Shown: one piece after another, positions 36,736 through 51,000 of the stretch
Position numbering within the stretch: position 1 is the first letter of the stretch
Layout: each line of letters begins with the position of its first letter
From: Octopus vulgaris
Taxonomy: Eukaryota
Length of the DNA: 64,000 nt
Reading direction: 5' to 3'
NCBI GenBank assembly: GCA_951406725.2
Contig: OX597828.1
Location: 11,656,001-11,720,000 of the forward strand
The notes under the pieces: model-generated
What the model saw: only the letters and a program-made list of their open reading frames with translations
Told to the model about the DNA's origin: nothing
The model's database searches: none
Program-made: the position numbers and the translations under genes

Positions 36736-37364
36736 AAGAAATATAAAGAGAGGCGAGACTCCTCGTTGAGACATTGAGCTATCGCTCCACAACCGTGGCA
36801 TGACTGATAAAAATAATAGAGCTGCTGATATTCCTACCAGGTGTTCCTGTATAGCATCCTCTCGTACTTCTGCATAAGCCTTTGTGTTATCATTGAGAGA
36901 CACGATTATGACGCTAAGAGAACTTGCTACTTTCTGTAGAAGTTGTTAGAAACACTTGTGACGAATGCATCTTATGTTGTGAATTGAAAACAGGACTGGA
37001 CAATCCACGTCATGTAAAGCCTACCAAGTTCATGTGCTAATGTAAGCCTCTAGGTATCGTTTTTAAAGGTCCTCTACCGTCATATAACACTTACGGCTTT
37101 AATACCGCTAAACTCTGATTATTGATCTATACTTAAGTTTTCACATTACTGTTACATGAATACAACTACTGATACAGTATTACGATATCTTCAAAATTCT
37201 TCATGTCTGGTACTCAGGCCTTCAATCCATTCGGATTGATGATCCTAATTTATATCTCAAAACGTTTGTTGATCTTTGAAAGAACAATAATAATATTCAA
37301 ACTTGAGAAGTTCCATCCCCTAATCTGGGAATAGTTAGGTAGGACGTTTTAATGAACAAATTTG

Positions 37365-37782
37365 GGATCTTTTCGGTTTGAACGGCAGTTTTTAAAATAA
37401 TTTCCACGTAACTAAAAAATTTTAAACTTCGTATACTGGTAGACTGTGTTTATAAAACATCTTTTTCTCTTGGCTTTATTGAGAAAATTCTTTAATTTGT
37501 TAGATATTTGTTGTTTTTTTCTTCAATTTCTGCAATTTCAACCAATCAGTAACGTCTATTGAGTTAAAAAGCATTCTGTGCCATATGAATATGTCCCTTG
37601 TTTAAGAAACAGATTGGGTTTATTTACATTTGTGAAAAAAAAAAGATACCCTTCCCCCCACCCCTAACCCTAACCCTAAAAACAGATTGAAATGCAATAG
37701 ATCGATACTAGGGTCATAATTATGGGTGACAATTTCATATGACACCGCTAGAATAAAACTGCCGTTCAAACCGAAAAGATAC
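37365..37782. mobile_element. GGATC-ended MITE M1
   Basis: Both TIRs present; no clean TSD. Confidence 0.9.
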
Positions 37783-38685
37783 ATTTCTTGTTTTTGCTCT
37801 GAGGTAAATGTGGCGTCTCATGAACTACCATTTTTTCAAAGTCATTCGTCAACGAAACAGTCTTTATATAAATGGTTGTCTGAACCGGAAGGAGTTCGGT
37901 TTAAACGATTTAAATCTAACAATGAATATGAACCGAAAATCGATCATGTTAAACTGACTGATGCTATTTGATGCTATTTATTGCTGCGCTCAGATCAAAT
38001 ACCCAGATGGTCGAATTGACACTGTATCAGCTAAACATGTTCTTCGAACACAGAACTCGAAGTTTTGAGCTAAATAAAAAGATTTGGTAATTCTCTGAAT
38101 TTGTTTCTCGCAGTAACTGCAGCCGTAGTCATTTATGCAGGAACATATTTACTTTTGGTCTACTTAAAATAGATTAGCAAATTATCAAATAACTCTAGAA
38201 CACAGCTTGCGTTACATAATCATAATCTGGCAAGAATGAATTTCTTTTTTTACAGAAACACTAATGTTTCAAGCTTCCTAGCCACCAACAACAAAAAAAA
38301 AAGAAAGATAAGTTAAAGAAAAAATAGTAAATCACTGAACAAACTTCACAAAGAAATCAATAATTCTTTTAGAAATGAATATTATCTACAGATTTTTATG
38401 CAGTCAAGAATTATAAAACTTTAAGATTCTTGCAGCTATACAAACACGGCACTTGCATGTCGGCTCGCAATACATTTACAAGAAGGAACCAGCAAAAGAG
38501 AACTCAGCGCTCTCATTCCAGATAACAGTCCAATGTTCCAAAGTCTTAAAATTGGGAAGGATACATTAAAGAATGTAGTCTTATATATTTAATATAAACA
38601 ACACGGAAATATTTCAATATGCTACAGAGAACAAAAGATTGATGTCCCAACAAAATTATCCGTGGTAATCGAGTTGCTGTTTGAC

Positions 38686-39250
38686 GGTGAGCGGACGAAA
38701 TGCTTAACGTTCTGAGTTCAAATTCCGCCGAGGTCGACTTTGCCTTTCATCCTTTCGGGGTCGATAAATTAAGTACCAGTTACGCACTGGGGTCTGGGAT
38801 CTTTTCGGTTAGAACGGCAGTTTTTCTAGCGGTATAATATGAAATTGTCACCCATAATTATGACCCTAGTATCGATCTATTGCATTTCAATCTGTTTTAG
38901 GTTTAGGGTTAGGGGTGGGGGGAAAAGGTATCTTTTTTTCTTCAGAAATGTAAATAAACCCAATCTGTTTCATAAACGAGGGACATATTCATACGGCACA
39001 GAATGTTTTCACCTCAATAGACGTCATTGATTGCAGAAATTGAAGAAAAGTACAACAAATATCTTACAAACTATAGAATTTTCTCAATAAAGCCAAGAGA
39101 AAAAGATGTTTTATAAACACATTCTACTAGTATATGAAGTTAAAAATTTTTTAGTAACCTAGAAATTATGTTAAAAACTGCCGTTCAAACCGAAAAGATC
39201 CGGAGTCTGTCCTTGTTTGTCCTCTCTGTGTTTAGCCCCTTGAGAAATAG
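38686..39250 (+). mobile_element. SINE family B split by an M1 MITE
   Basis: Meta-like domain at 38715-38790; tail gtccttgtttgtcctctctgtgtttagcccc resumes at ~39209. Confidence 0.8.
38797..39201. mobile_element. GGATC-ended MITE M1, TSD GG(G/A)GTCTG
   Basis: ggggtctg at 38789-38796, ggagtctg at 39202-39209. Confidence 0.92.
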
Positions 39251-40340
39251 GTAACTGAGTTGCTCTTGAGCAGCTTTTCAAATCTACTCAGCTATTCGAT
39301 CTTGCGAGCTACTCGCCTTTATATTTTATGCTGGCTTAGATTTGCAACTAGACAAGTTGTTTATGACCTTCCATACTGTGGTGATATCTCTATTGTTATT
39401 TACTTCTTTCATACGTTTCTCTTCGGTTTTGTTTTGCACTGTATTGCTGAGCTAAATCTAAGGACGAGGCAGCTACAGCAGTAGTGTTGCAGCAATCTTG
39501 TTCCCTATATTTGTTCGTTTCACAGCTGCTAGAGTGTTTCAGTCTTCCGGAACTTTGGCATCCTCTTAGGACATTTTTCTCAATAGCTTATGCAACAGAC
39601 TTCGAGAATGTTGTGTGGTGTATTCCTTCAAGTGGTCAGAAGGTTCTTCTTTCAGTTCGGCAAATCTATTCTTGCATGTTTCAATACAGGACGTCTAAGT
39701 GTCTGGGTCGGATATGGAGGACCAGGTATATTGAGGTAGGGTTTTGCTCTTCATTTGCATCGTGGCAATCAGGATCCGATGATCTGATTCGAATGAACGA
39801 AATGTGTAGGTATTGCAATATCGAATAAAATCACGATGCTTTCGATGAAAATGTGGCCAATTTGTGGTCGTGTTTTGTGTAGGGTTTGTGCATCAAAAGT
39901 TTGTCAAGGCAGTTGCGGAAAGCTGTGTTTGCAAAGAAGAGTGCAATTGCTGGCAGGAAATCTGAGAAGCTATTATTTGGGCTTGCCTGAAAATGCCCAT
40001 GGGTTTTGATGTGAGGTCTGTAGACATGCATTCCAGTCACCGAGGATGGCTTCATCGTGAGCTAACGGTCATTCACACGAGTAATGTCTCGTAAAATCAT
40101 CTTGCATGTGGACTGGAAAACCCTGCCGCTGGTCCAAGACCGCAGCCACGAAATCTCCAATGAAAGACATACTGACTACTTATGAGTCGATTGAGTCCGT
40201 CAGACCTGGGTTCTAACGGGCTTGCAACAATGACAACTCTTGAATTTACTCTAAACCGACTCGCCCTCTGATCAATCCTAGACTATTCACCCTTCTGGCC
40301 TCCTTCAATGCTCTTACGCTGAACTTACTCTGGAGACAAG
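39250..40340 (-). mobile_element. Decayed LINE fragment (APE endonuclease region, RTE-like)
   Basis: Minus-strand remnants such as LFFANTAFRN and PQIGHIFI resemble the APE NT-F and QIDYIL motifs; many stops and frameshifts. Confidence 0.45.
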
Positions 40341-41421
40341 GCGAACTAACCGCAAAAGCAGACAGACTTGGCATCGCAGCCGCTGGCATTTAAGAACACA
40401 GAATTAGATGTGAAGAGAAAGATTGATTTCTGGATACAGACAAGGGCTGGAAGCTGATACACTCTACGGAAGATGACACTGGTAACGTTGGCGTTGGTCA
40501 TCCTGGTCATCCCCTTACCTAAGTGTCCCTAGGGTCCATCACATTAATATCTCAGCGGGTACTCATCTACAGATTTCCCAGGAGTAAGAAATCTCACAAG
40601 TCGTGGCCTAAACCAACCAATACACTCACCAATTAGTATAACGAGAGAAGACATAAATATATTTTCTGATAACATGCAGCGAATCTTCGATACCGTTGGA
40701 CGAAATTAATTTCTAGCAAACCTCGGTAATTGGAATGCAACACACTACATCACATACCAGAACCAACATGGGGGACACGATTGTTAAACGGGGTAGAAAT
40801 AGCTGCTAAATCTCTCTCAAATTACAACCTGCTGTCTTACAGAAGGACACACTTGATAATATAGTTTTGGGATCCTTTCTTATTGGAAAAAATAAACAGA
40901 TGGTCGTGCCTGTAACGTCTTTGGTTATAATTTTGCTGAATTAGGGCGAACCTTGTGATAAATGACAACTACTACGGTCATTACATCACGTGATTTAAAA
41001 CAAAAGTAAATAAGAAAATATTAGTGAACAACACGTGATACTGAATAGAATTTTCCCCAAATCTTGAAAAGTTTCAACAGAATCGCCAGCACTATTATCA
41101 TTATCAACAACACATTCAGTAGTTGTTTCAGTAGCATTAGAAATATCTTCAAAATTCATGTTAATAACACCATAAAATCGTTTTGAGATAATGTCAAAGA
41201 ATATATATTGTGAATTTCTGTCTCAGTGAACATAGTTATATTTTGGTGTTTCTTTCTGAAGGCTAAATGAGAGTATATATAAATTTTCACATACATACAT
41301 AAGTACATAAGTACATACATACATGTGTATAGGCATGCATACATGCATGCGCACATACACGTACACACGTACACATGTGCATTCACACGCACATACATAC
41401 ATACATACATACATACATACA

Positions 41422-41452
<31 letters not shown>

Positions 41453-41686
41453 CTATTTCTTTACTACCCACAAAGGGCTAAACACGGAGGGGACAAACAA
41501 GGACTGACAAACGGATTAAGTCAATTATATCGACCTCAGTGCATAACTGGTACTTATTTAATCGACCCCGAAAGGATGAAAGGCAAAGTCGACCTCGGCG
41601 GAATTTGAACTCAGAACGTAGCGGCAGATGAAATACCGCTAAGTATTTCGCCCGGCGTGCTAACGATTCTGCTAGCTCACCGCCTT
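41453..41686 (-). mobile_element. Full monomeric SINE family B
   Basis: Reverse complement of ggcggtgagct...gggtagtaaaagaaata. Confidence 0.9.
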
Positions 41687-42524
41687 ATACGTACATATAT
41701 ATCATGAAATAACTGTTACTTTCTCAGATGCAGCACGAAGTTTTGTCAGTGAACAGGTCACGGTCTCAAAGCGACGAAAATATTTTGAGAAATTAAATTT
41801 AAATGTTTTTATGTGTTTTTGTGTGTTTCTTAAATGGCTTATAAACACCTTCCACGCTGCAATTGTTTTCGTTCCAGCACACAATCTCAGATCAAGTCAC
41901 TGGCTATGCAAGTACATCTCCGTAATATATAAATTTTGTTGACTCAGAAAGTGTTCAATTGAATTTATTAGAATTTATCAGAATTCTGTGTCAGTACGCT
42001 GCAGGACAGAGAAAAATATAGACAAATTATAATTCACTCCGCATAAAAAAACAAAACAAGACATCACTTCAATAAATCACACCCTCCTCCTCAGTCTATA
42101 CATATAAATATGGAACATTGAAAATAGATTTGATAAATAAACATTTTAAATGACTATTAAGGAAAAGAAAGATCATACTTTGAAATTGTATTCGATTCTG
42201 AAATGTTCACAGCAATCAGAATTGAGAATAACAGAATTCTAAAATGTTGGGACAATTGAAAATTGAGTCATAAAAATTAAACCCCGCAACAGGTGTAAAA
42301 TAATAAAAATTTTCATCAATCAAAAATTTAGGAAGATTTTGAAAATTTTGTATACATGTGAGATGGATCAGCCGTAGGATGGTTTTACAGCTGTCTGCGT
42401 TTGATATTTTAAGTCTGCATTCAATTCAGAAATGTCACAAATTATCTGAATTACAATTTGTGATAAGCCACAGATTTTGAAAAAAGAAAAACGGGTCGTA
42501 AAAATTAAATCTTGTAACAGTTTA

Positions 42525-42680
42525 GTGCAGGTATGGTTGTGTGGTTAAGAAGCTGGTTTCGGGTTCATCTCCAGAACTGCATAGTACCTTGGGCGAGTGT
42601 CCTTTACTATAGTCCCGGGCTGACCAATGCCTTGTGAATGAATTTGGTAGACAGAAACTGTGTAGAAGCCTGTCATATAT
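42525..42680 (+). mobile_element. 5' half of SINE family A ending in (TA)n
   Basis: gtgcaggtatggttgtgtggttaagaagc...accttgggcgagtgtc...gaagcctgtc(ata). Confidence 0.75.
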
Positions 42681-42683
42681 ATT

Positions 42684-42749
<66 letters not shown>

Positions 42750-42753
<4 letters not shown>

Positions 42754-43255
42754 GTTGTTCGGAAAGTTCGTGCCGACTTATAGCAGCTTACCTTTCGATT
42801 TATTTTAGAACATGGTTGAGTCCATAAAATAGGATTTGACTACACCTCCATTTAGAGCACAGTTTCTTGGAAGAAGGTGTATGTTCCTATAACCTGTGTT
42901 AATTCTGTAACCCTTTAAAATGAAAGATAAGGAAGTTCATTTTGGTAAATGAACTTCCTTTGGGAACCAGACAAATATTGCTGCAGCTCGGCTGGGACGT
43001 GTTACCCCACCCTCCGTATTCACCAGATATTCCTCCTTCGGATTTCCACTTATTCAGGTATCTGCAGAATAGTCTTAATGGTAAAAATTTCAATTCCTTG
43101 GATGACGTAAAAAGATACCTTCAAGTTAAAGGAAAGATGGAGACGCACTGTGCAACAAAATGTTTCATATCTGGTTGATTATAAATGTAATGGCAAGTAT
43201 TTATTGACCCTTTTCTTTCCTTTAAAATTCGGCAAGAACTTTCCGAACAACGCAA
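42750..43255 (+). mobile_element. Internally deleted mariner (same family as 2047-2535)
   Basis: TA|TTGGGTTGTTCGGAAAGTTCG TIR; ORF LGWDVLPHPPYSPDIPPSDFHLF. Confidence 0.92.
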
Positions 43256-43259
43256 TATG

Positions 43260-43669
<410 letters not shown>

Positions 43670-43739
43670 CGACAATGACAAAAATAGTGGAGTGACAGAG
43701 ATGACATAACCCCAGAAATGACAACACACACACACACAT

Positions 43740-44882
43740 TGTTGCACATTGCGGCCTCCTGACACTGCCAACACGGACCCCAACTGTAAAGTCAGTAACT
43801 CGGGAAAGCCACAAGCCAGCTCAGCGAACCAACTTGCTTAGAGAGGAAAGAGTAGAAGTTATGGAAGTCAGAAGAGTTGATGACAACAAACAAAACTGTT
43901 GAGTGTAAACAAAAGAAAAGAACTTTAATTAAGAGGCGAATAAAAATTTATGGAATATATTTCAATGAGATCTTTCATTTATCTTTAAAATGCGTAGAAT
44001 AAGCTTCTTTTGGTGAGCTCTTCTTTTATTCAGCAGTCAAATGTTTTGTTTTCTTTTATCGTCTGGACTCTGTTTCTTCAGAGTCACGTTTGTCCGGGAG
44101 TCAACTTTACACTCCGCGTTCTTTACGTTGCCAAGTTCACACAGACTATTTTTGAGCCAGTTCAAAACCGCCCTCCTCACAGCAAAGATGCCACAGTTCA
44201 CATTAACCGACCGACATCCACCACCGTATCGAACCAACTTATCAACTGAGTAGACACCGCAGGAAATTGTTGCTGACAAACAACCGCAGAAATTGTATTC
44301 ACCTCAATAGACGTCATTGATTGGTTGAAATTGCCGAAATGCAAGAAATTTAACAACAAATAGCTTACAAACTACAGAATTTTCTCAAGAAAGCCAAGAG
44401 AAAAAGATGTTTTATGGAACACATTCTACCAGTATACGAAGTTTAAAAGTGTTTAGTTACCTAGAAATTATTTTTAAAATCTGTCGGTCAAAGTGAAAAG
44501 ATCCTATCAACTGACTCCAAACTGTCCCTCGATACCAACTATTGCGTCAACTGTTGTACACGAACTGCCCGGCACCAACTCACATATCGACTCCCGGCAC
44601 GGACTGCTCACATCGACTATCACTTAAACCGTTCACATTGATTGCCGGCACGGACCGCCGTAACCAACTGTTCACATAAATCTCTTACGTCAACTGCCGG
44701 CACTCACTCCGAACCAACCGTTTGACGCCAACTGCACACGTAGTCTACCGTTCACATCAACCACTGATGCCAACTTCCTGGTACTCACTTCGAACCAACT
44801 GTCCGACACCAACTCACGAACGTCAACTGTCGCACATCGGCTCCCTCAAATTGACTCCAGGCACGGAGTTTATCCTGCAACA
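43740..44882. mobile_element. Probable solo LTR with caactg-rich internal repeats
   Basis: Ends TGTTGCA...TGCAACA; aataaa at ~43938; no TSD resolved. Confidence 0.5.
44250..44504 (-). mobile_element. One-ended M3 MITE
   Basis: Right TIR aaaatctgtcggtcaaagtgaaaagatcc; tatcaactga on both sides (44240-44249, 44505-44514). Confidence 0.8.
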
Positions 44883-45298
44883 ACTACAAGAGTTGGACAA
44901 AAAGGGACAAAACAAGACAGAACAAGGAGACACATAGGGGGTCTGAGACTTGAAACGAATGATTAGCAATATGATTGATGATGTCACATGGTTAAAAATT
45001 AATGATAGTACACCGAATGATTTAACAATATGGGCGTGAAATGGTTTACGACCCCACCAACCACATCTCTACGCAGAACCGTTTAATTAACCTTTTACAT
45101 TTTCGCTGAACCAGGCCCATTCACTCCCAGCATTCGATTCCCTTTCTTCCATCTTTTAATATATTTACTAGATGGCAGACATCTCCTCTCCAGTCGTACT
45201 TTCCTTCTTAGGTGGAAAATAAAGAAGTTTCTCAAAGCATGACCGGAGATGAAGGTGTCTGTCATAATACCTTTCACACGCGCCTTCCATGACATCTC

Positions 45299-45740
45299 GG
45301 ATCTTTTCGGTTTGACCGGCAGTTTTTTCCAGCGGTTTCATATGAAATTGTCACCCATAATTATGACCCTAGTATCGATCAATTGCATTTCAATCTATTT
45401 TAGATTTAGGGTGAGTTAGGGGTAGTTAGCGTTAGGGTTAGGGGTGGGGGAAAGGGTATCTTTTTTCTTCATAAATGTAAATAAACCCAATCTGTTTCTT
45501 AAACGAGGGACATATTCATACGGCACAGAATGTTTTCACCTCAATAGACGTCATTGATTGGGTGAAATTGCAGAAATTGAAGAAAAACAAACAACAAATA
45601 TCTTACAAACTATAGAATTTTCTCAATAAAGCCAAGAGAAAAAGATGTTTTATAAACACATTCTACCAGTATACGAAGTTTAAAAGTGTTTAGTTACGTG
45701 GAAATTATTTTAAAAACTGCCGTTCAAACCGTAAATATCC
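45299..45740. mobile_element. GGATC-ended MITE M1 with 8 bp TSD GACATCTC
   Basis: TSD at 45291-45298 and 45741-45748. Confidence 0.94.
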
Positions 45741-46207
45741 GACATCTCCTTCGCTATAGCCATTACGGTTAGAAAACAATTCTTCTTTTCTCTATTCAGA
45801 GAAGGCGGCGGAATGATCTTGATGATCGACTCGCTTGAGAGTTGTATTCTTCCTAATTGTGAAAAGCAGTTACTCGACATAAACCCACAGTTCCGAGAGA
45901 CTCAGACAATGCACGATTGCTTGCAGAAAAGCTTCATTGCTCTGCTCGCATCGTAGGCAAAACCGGACGCCGTGCTACTCCAGGTACAGAGTGCTGCCAC
46001 GTGTTTACCCATAGTGTTTGTAGTACCACAGCAAAAGCGCGCCAAACTGTCCATCTCGCTTTAAATAGTCACGTGATCAAAATGAATTACTTATCGTTAA
46101 GATTAATTTTTGATTTATCAACGTTTTCTCTAGCAAAACTTGAGAGCGGTGTTCTAATTCGCGTAGTGCGATCCGAAATTATATTCAGATAATTTCTCGT
46201 TCGTAAC

Positions 46208-46292
<85 letters not shown>

Positions 46293-46966
46293 CTACAAAA
46301 TTAGAGAATGGAGAAACATACTTAAATCAATAAAACATCAACTATCCGATGATACCCAATCAATACTTTAATACACCATTACATATGAGTAGAGGCATTA
46401 TACAAAAAGAGATATACAGTAATAGTAAAAAGATAAAGAGATATAAGTAAAAAATTTTCAAATATAATATGCAATTAAATCAAACCGTAAATATCCGACA
46501 TCTCCTTCGCTATAGCCATTACGGTTAGAAAACAATTCTTCTTTTCTCTATTCAGAGAAGGCGGCGGAATGATCTTGATGATCGACTCGCTTGAGAGTTG
46601 TATTCTTCCTAATTGTGAAAAGCAGTTACTCGACATAAACCCACAGTTCCGAGAGACTCAGACAATGCACGATTGCTTGCAGAAAAGCTTCATTGCTCTG
46701 CTCGCATCGTAGGCAAAACCGGACGCCGTGCTACTCCAGGTACAGAGTGCTGCCACGTGTTTACCCATAGTGTTTGTAGTACCACAGCAAAAGCGCGCCA
46801 AACTGTCCATCTCGCTTTAAATAGTCACGTGATCAAAATGAATTACTTATCGTTAAGATTAATTTTTGATTTATCAACGTTTTCTCTAGCAAAACTTGAG
46901 AGCGGTGTTCTAATTCGCGTAGTGCGATCCGAAATTATATTCAGATAATTTCTCGTTCGTAACTAT

Positions 46967-47028
<62 letters not shown>
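45724..47028. repeat. Direct duplication of ~520 bp (45724-46246 and 46480-47028, offset 756 bp)
   Basis: Identical ORFs at 45917-46192 and 46673-46948; both copies end in (CA)n. Confidence 0.95.
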
Positions 47029-47065
<37 letters not shown>

Positions 47066-47094
47066 GATACAGTTAAGTTTGCACCAAGTCCATA

Positions 47095-47500
47095 GGCGCA
47101 GGAGTGGCTGTGTGGTAAATACCTTGCCTACCAACCACATGGTTCCGGGTTCAGTCCCACTGCGTGGCACCTTGGGCAAGTGTCTTCTACTATAGCCTCG
47201 GGCCGACCAAAGCCTTGTGAGTGGATATGGTAGACGGAAACTGAAAGAAGCTCGTCGTATATATGTATATATATATGTGTGCGTGTATGTTTGTGTGTCT
47301 GTGTTTGTCCCCTAGCATTGCTTGACAACCAATGCTGGTGTGTTTATGTCCCGTCACTTAGCGGTTCGGCAAAAGAGACCGATAGAATAAGTACTGGGCT
47401 TACAAAGAATAAGTCCCGGGGTCGAGTTGCTCGACTAAAGGCGGTGCTCCAGCATGGCCGCAGTCAAATGACTGAAACAAGTAAAAGAGTAAAAGAGAAT
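47095..47500 (+). mobile_element. Full-length SINE family A (reference-like copy)
   Basis: ggcgcaggagtggctgtgtggtaa...ggttcagtccc...caccttgggcaagtgtctt...aaacaagtaaaagagtaaaagag. Confidence 0.93.
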
Positions 47501-47634
47501 AGTGCACAGATGAGATCAAAAGATTCTCCGTATAGAAGACACTTAATAGTGCCCAAAAGATTCAAACTTAGACTCCGATGTCTTTACAGGGGATAATTGC
47601 AGAAGGTAAAGAAAGACACACACATAGACACGCG

Positions 47635-47665
<31 letters not shown>

Positions 47666-48744
47666 ACAGATATATACATATATACATATATGCCCGCGCG
47701 TGTATGTGTGTGCATTAATGTATGTATATGTGCGTGTGTGCTGGTGGTGCGAGTGTCTTTAAATTTGTATTTTGTCCTCTACTTCCACTTGACAAACGGA
47801 GTGAGTTTGTTTACGTCCTCTTTACGTACCGGTTCAGCAAAAGAGGCCAACAACCTAAGCACCAGACGTGCAAAATAAGTATCGGGGTCAATTTGTTGGA
47901 CTAAATCCTTCAAGGCGGTGACCTGTCAGGGTCTCAGTCCACTGACTGACTGAAACCAGCGGAAGATAAATGATAAAAGAATAATTAAAATTGTTATTAG
48001 TCTAAGTTGAAAAAAGACTTTGAAATTAATTTGACAACCCTGCGTATATATCTAATAGGTCGGCGTGTCTATAGGTTCAAACGTATTTACGCTTCGTTCT
48101 TTCTGTTTACATTCAATTCTGAAATGTCCATTCGCAGATTTGATAAATGGAAATTGGATCATAAAAATTTAAATTTATTTCAGATCCAGAACAATAAATA
48201 TTCTCATAATTCTACTATCAAGAAAATTATGTCGTCTGACAGAGTTAAAGGTCAGGAGGATTTTGAAGTTTGAAAGCCCTGTATATATAAAACGGAATAA
48301 TTTCGACATATCTCATATCAAATTCGAAAATTCTGATAGTATATAATCCGTGTCAAATATCAAACTAAAATTTCCAAGTGGTTCTTCTAAAAATACCAGA
48401 ATTAAAATATGACAAAGTTCTTAATTTATTCAAACCATTTCCTTTTATATCTCCATTTACACTACCTTCTGAGAACACTGCATTGAAACGCTGAAACATA
48501 GTTATTTATACATAGAGATTATATTTGCTCTGATGTATGTAATAAAATATCTGCATCTTTATATGCATGGCCGCGGCCTTCGGGCTAAAACATTTTTGAG
48601 GATTTAAGGATATGTATACACACGCACGCACACACACACACACACATACACACACACACATACACACAAACACACACATATGTATATACATATTTATACG
48701 TGTGTGCAGACATACATAAATCAATAACGCATAGCTATATACAC

Positions 48745-49037
48745 GCACAGGGCCTAGAGGTTAGAGCAGCGAACTCGCGGTCAAGAGATTGCGGGTTCGT
48801 ATCTCAGCCCGGCCAATGTGTGTGTTTATGAGCGAAACACCTACGTTCCACGCGGCTCCGGTAGAAGGTAATGGCGAAATTCTGCTGACTCTTTCGCCAC
48901 AACTTTCTCTTACTCTTTCCTCCTGCATCTTGCAGCTCACCTGCGATGGACCGGCATCCCGTCTAGGTGGGGAACTTATTATACGCCAGGGAAACCGGCC
49001 CTATGAGCCAGGCGTGGCTCGAGAAGGAACAAACAAT
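48745..49037 (+). mobile_element. SINE family D variant
   Basis: ggcctagaggttagagcagcgaactcgcggtcaagagattgcgggttcg head; shared central domain; different 3' tail. Confidence 0.72.
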
Positions 49038-49229
49038 ATTTAGTATGGAGCATTTTGAGTGTTTGAGTTATTTGGTTTCGCGTGTGTTTACGTATATTTC
49101 TGAATGAGGAAGGCAGGTGTGCGATGGATTCGAAGTTAATTCTATAGATAAATGTATCTTAGAAGTGTGATCGGTGTGGCGTTGAAGATATATCATGTGT
49201 TTGTGAGTATGTGTGTATGTGTTTCTATA

Positions 49230-49377
49230 TATGTAGGAGTGACTGTGTGGTAAGTAGCTTGCTTACGAACCACATGGTTCCGGGTTTAGTCCTACTGCAT
49301 GGCACCTTGGGTGAGTGTCTTCTACTATAGCCTTGTGAGTGGATTTGGTAGACGGAAACTGAAAGAAGCCCGTCGTA

Positions 49378-49420
<43 letters not shown>

Positions 49421-49650
49421 ATGTGTGTGTGTGTGTGTTTGTGTGTTTGTGGTTGTCCCCCCCAACATCGCTTGACAACCGATGCTGGTGTGTTTACGTC
49501 CCCGTAACTTAGCGGTTCGGCAAAAGAGACCGATAGAATAAGTACTAGGCTTACAAAGAATAAGTCTTGGGGGTCCATTTGCTCGACTAAAGGCGATGCT
49601 CCAGCATGGCCACAGTCACATGATTGAAACAAATAAAAGAGTAAAGAGTA
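49230..49650 (+). mobile_element. SINE family A
   Basis: Consensus match with a small internal deletion. Confidence 0.9.
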
Positions 49651-50399
49651 TATATGTCTGTGTGTAAGCGTGTATGTATTAGTGAATGTATTTCTGCATA
49701 TTTCTATGTATGTAATGTATGTATGCATGTATGTACGTATGAATGTGTTTCTGTATCTATCTGTGTTTGTGTGTATGTATTAGTGAATATGTTTCTATAT
49801 GTCTTTGTGTATATGTGAATCTGTGTATATATATGTTTTACTGTATATGTTTTTGTGTATGTATGTATGTATGTATGTATGTATGTATGTATGTATGTAT
49901 GTATGTGTATATGTGTTTCTGTATCACTGTGTGCAAGTATTTCTGCAGTTGTCTGAGTGTATATGTATGTATGTATTTATGCATACATGTGTGAGTGAAC
50001 TACAAATATACACGCACATTTGCATCAAAATACATTCACACTCCAATGATCTTGGCGTTAAATTCCACAGTTAGCTGTCACCTTTTGACATCACTGCCAT
50101 ATATATATATATATTTATATATATTCCTGATTAATCTACACAATTTCCATCTCTTCTAATTTCCAATTTCCGATTCCCTAAGTAGTCACGCACATACATA
50201 CGCACTCAAACCCATTAGCACATGCACTCATATATATATATAGACATGCAGGCACAAGCATACATACACACAAGTACACTGACAGTAATCTTAAAAGGAT
50301 TATCTCAAATTTAACTTGTAAAATAATCATTTATACAATTTGTTTCCGATCCACCTCTCATCCATGTTATCAATAAATACACTGACACCCACACATGTA

Positions 50400-51000
50400 C
50401 ACATTTTATTGCCAGCATATTCACATATACGCATGCACACACATTATACATACATGCATACATACATGCATACATACATACATACATGCATACATACATA
50501 AATACATATGCACATACATACATTCATTCATACACACATACATACATACATGCATGCATGCATACATACATACATACATACATACTTACACATACATACA
50601 CACAGAAAACTACACATGAACTTATACACATATGCATATTCACATACACGCATACACACACGTTATACATACATGCATACATACATACATTCATACACAT
50701 ATACATACATTCATACACACATACATACATACATTCATACACACATACATACATACATTCATGCATACATACATAGATACATACATATATACATTCATAC
50801 ATACTTTCATACATGCATGCATACATACATACATACATGCATGCATACATACATACATACATACATACATACATACATACATACATACATACATACATAC
50901 ATACATACATACATGCATGCATGCATACATACATACATACATATATACATACATACATACATACATACATACATACGCACAGAAAACTACACATATGAAC
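50400..51000. repeat. Degenerate (CATA)n microsatellite with internal higher-order duplication
   Basis: acagaaaactacaca occurs twice (~50602 and ~50979). Confidence 0.9.

Larger units (their letters stand above)
33350..38050 (+). pseudogene. Ancient fragmented Ty3/Gypsy gag-pol, interrupted by three SINEs and one MITE
   Basis: Colinear motifs on +: gag LAKNCEFRAITADVYREESIKDSF (~33500); frameshifted CCHC knuckle (~34310-34395); RT PFPNTEDL..FYSKLNLKAAFYQIP and TYLDN (35480-35700); RNase H EQNFS*SEKETISIIES (~36180-36230); integrase FKGPL (~37060); C-terminal WLSEPEG..YEPKID..KYPDGRIDTVS (37870-38035). Confidence 0.75.

Noticed and set aside
41702-41925. TA-flanked short unit with minus-strand ctgacaa...gaaag
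   Set aside because: Probably a small repeat, but the core and stems do not fit a hammerhead convincingly.
45917-46948. Duplicated 91 aa ORF
   Set aside because: TTG start, no recognisable domain or splice support; identity is explained by the local duplication.
48465-48505. ctgagaa...gaaacatagtt hammerhead-like string
   Set aside because: C3/A8 mismatch and neither stem I nor stem II pairs; too degenerate to call.
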